Assembly: GCF_016433145.1 (NCBI RefSeq)
Contig: NC_058130.1
Coordinates: forward strand, 169,334,633-169,398,632
Direction of reading: 5' to 3'
Length of the DNA: 64,000 nt
DNA from: Gracilinanus agilis
Lineage: Eukaryota
A model generated the notes under the pieces. The model was not told where the DNA came from, searched no databases, and was given only the letters and a program-made list of their open reading frames with translations. Positions 62,428-64,000 of this stretch are shown here, one piece after another (position 1 is the stretch's first letter; every line of letters begins with the position of its first letter). The translations under genes and the position numbers were made by a program.

Positions 62428-62807
62428 GTGAGTGCATTTGACCCTGTCTTACAGTCATGTGGAAGGGCAGAAAATTCCCATATGGCTAGTGGCTGTACTG
62501 CTGGATGCCTGGGGTTCTTTGGCCTCAGGGTCATACATCAGTTCCTTTCCCAGGGTTCCAGACTGGTCATTATGCCAAAAAGCATTTATCAGGTTCCTCC
62601 TATGTGCACTGTGCTAAGCTCAGGAGGGTACAAAGAGGCAAAAGACAGTTCCTGCTCTCAAGGAGCTCATAGTCTGATGGGCAGACAAGCAGCAAACAAC
62701 TGTGTACAAATAAGAGATACAGGAGAAACTGGAGAAAAGCAAAAGGGAATGCACTAGCATTAAGGGGATTGGAAAAGGCTTTTTGTTAAAGATGCTATTT
62801 TTTCCTC

Positions 62808-63020
62808 TTTTTTAAAAAAAACTTTACTTTCTATCCTTCAATCAGTATTGTGTATTGATTGGTTCCAAGGCAGAAGAGGGGTAAGGGCTAGGCAATTGGT
62901 GGGGTGGGGAGGGGAGATGTTAAGTGATTTGCTAGAAAGCATCTGAGGCCAAATTTGAATCCAGGACCTCCTATCTCTACCCTGACTCTCAATCCACTGA
63001 ACCACCCAGCTGCCTCCAAA
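62808..63020 (-). mobile_element. SINE1_Mdo-like SINE
   Basis: reverse-complement consensus. Confidence 0.82.
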
Positions 63021-63573
63021 GGTAGTATTTCTTGAAGGAAGCCTGGAGGCAGAAATGTGGATGGAAAAAATTCCAGGCATGGGGGAACAGCTGGTATAAA
63101 TGCTTTAAGCCTCAGATTTTTCCTTCCTTTCCCACCACTGGCAAATCCTCTGAAAGCCAGCTTCTTTGTAAAATGAAGGGGGTTGGACTCAGTGGCCTTT
63201 ACTATCTTTTCTTGCTCCACATCTATGAACCTTAGGGATGTAGAGCAAGAAAAGATAGTAAAGCCCAACTGTGAATGGAATTCTGGACTAAGGTCTTTAT
63301 GTCACACTAGAAAATCTCCCCTCACATCATCTTTTCTCTCTGGTTCCTAAATACTTCCACACTCCTTTCCCAGTGTCCTTCCAATCCCTCCTATATTCCT
63401 GTCTTTCTTCCTTATGAGATAACAGAAAAATGTCCAGTTTATTTGGCATATTGTCCTGGATCCAAAATTAGGCATAGAAATGAGAGATCTATGATGGATC
63501 AAGTTATTTGTGTAGGTGCAGGGGAAAACCTGAACCAGTTGTGGGATTAGCTTGGAAAAGCTTTTTGGGCTAA

Positions 63574-63822
<249 letters not shown>

Positions 63823-63914
63823 TGACCTGGGGATAGAGAGCCGGAGATGGGAGATGGAAAGGGAAGGGAAGTGAGGGAAGACCAAATTAGTTCTGACAGT
63901 CATTCCTTCTACAG

Positions 63915-64000
63915 AAAAGATAATTGCTAAAGAATTGGTGGAGGCTATGTTGAGTTCTCAGCCCCAGCTTCGGCCTTCAGCCCAGTTTGTGCTGGCCCAT
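63915..64000 (+). CDS. ERN2: ERN2 exon 19 (partial, cut by window end)
   Basis: KIIAKELVEAMLSSQPQLRPSAQFVLAH. Confidence 0.93.

Overview
Marsupial genomic DNA. The dense SINE1_Mdo-like, MAR1 and marsupial L1 repeats suggest a didelphid such as Monodelphis; this is inferred from repeat content only. Three protein-coding genes can be reconstructed with GT-AG boundaries and consistent phase. (1) EARS2, mitochondrial glutamyl-tRNA synthetase: minus strand, 9 coding exons, 3869-19672, 1572 nt, 523 aa. (2) UBFD1: plus strand, 7 exons, 20112-29250, 909 nt, 302 aa; it shares a CpG-island bidirectional promoter with EARS2. (3) ERN2/IRE1-beta: plus strand, exons 1-19, from 39241 and running off the window in the kinase domain. 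The rest is SINEs, L1/L2 fragments, solo LTRs, two DNA-transposon MITEs and a 352-nt assembly gap. I found no wholly new gene system that I can support. The strongest leads are a Cys at the IRE1 catalytic-loop position that tunes IRE1-beta activity, a gene order different from human (UBFD1 directly followed by ERN2), a candidate 31-nt mini-exon coupled to an alternative acceptor in ERN2, a locally templated 28-nt insertion, and a convergent pair of CTCF-like motifs, one carried by a MITE. Comparisons with human proteins and gene order are from memory, not from a search.
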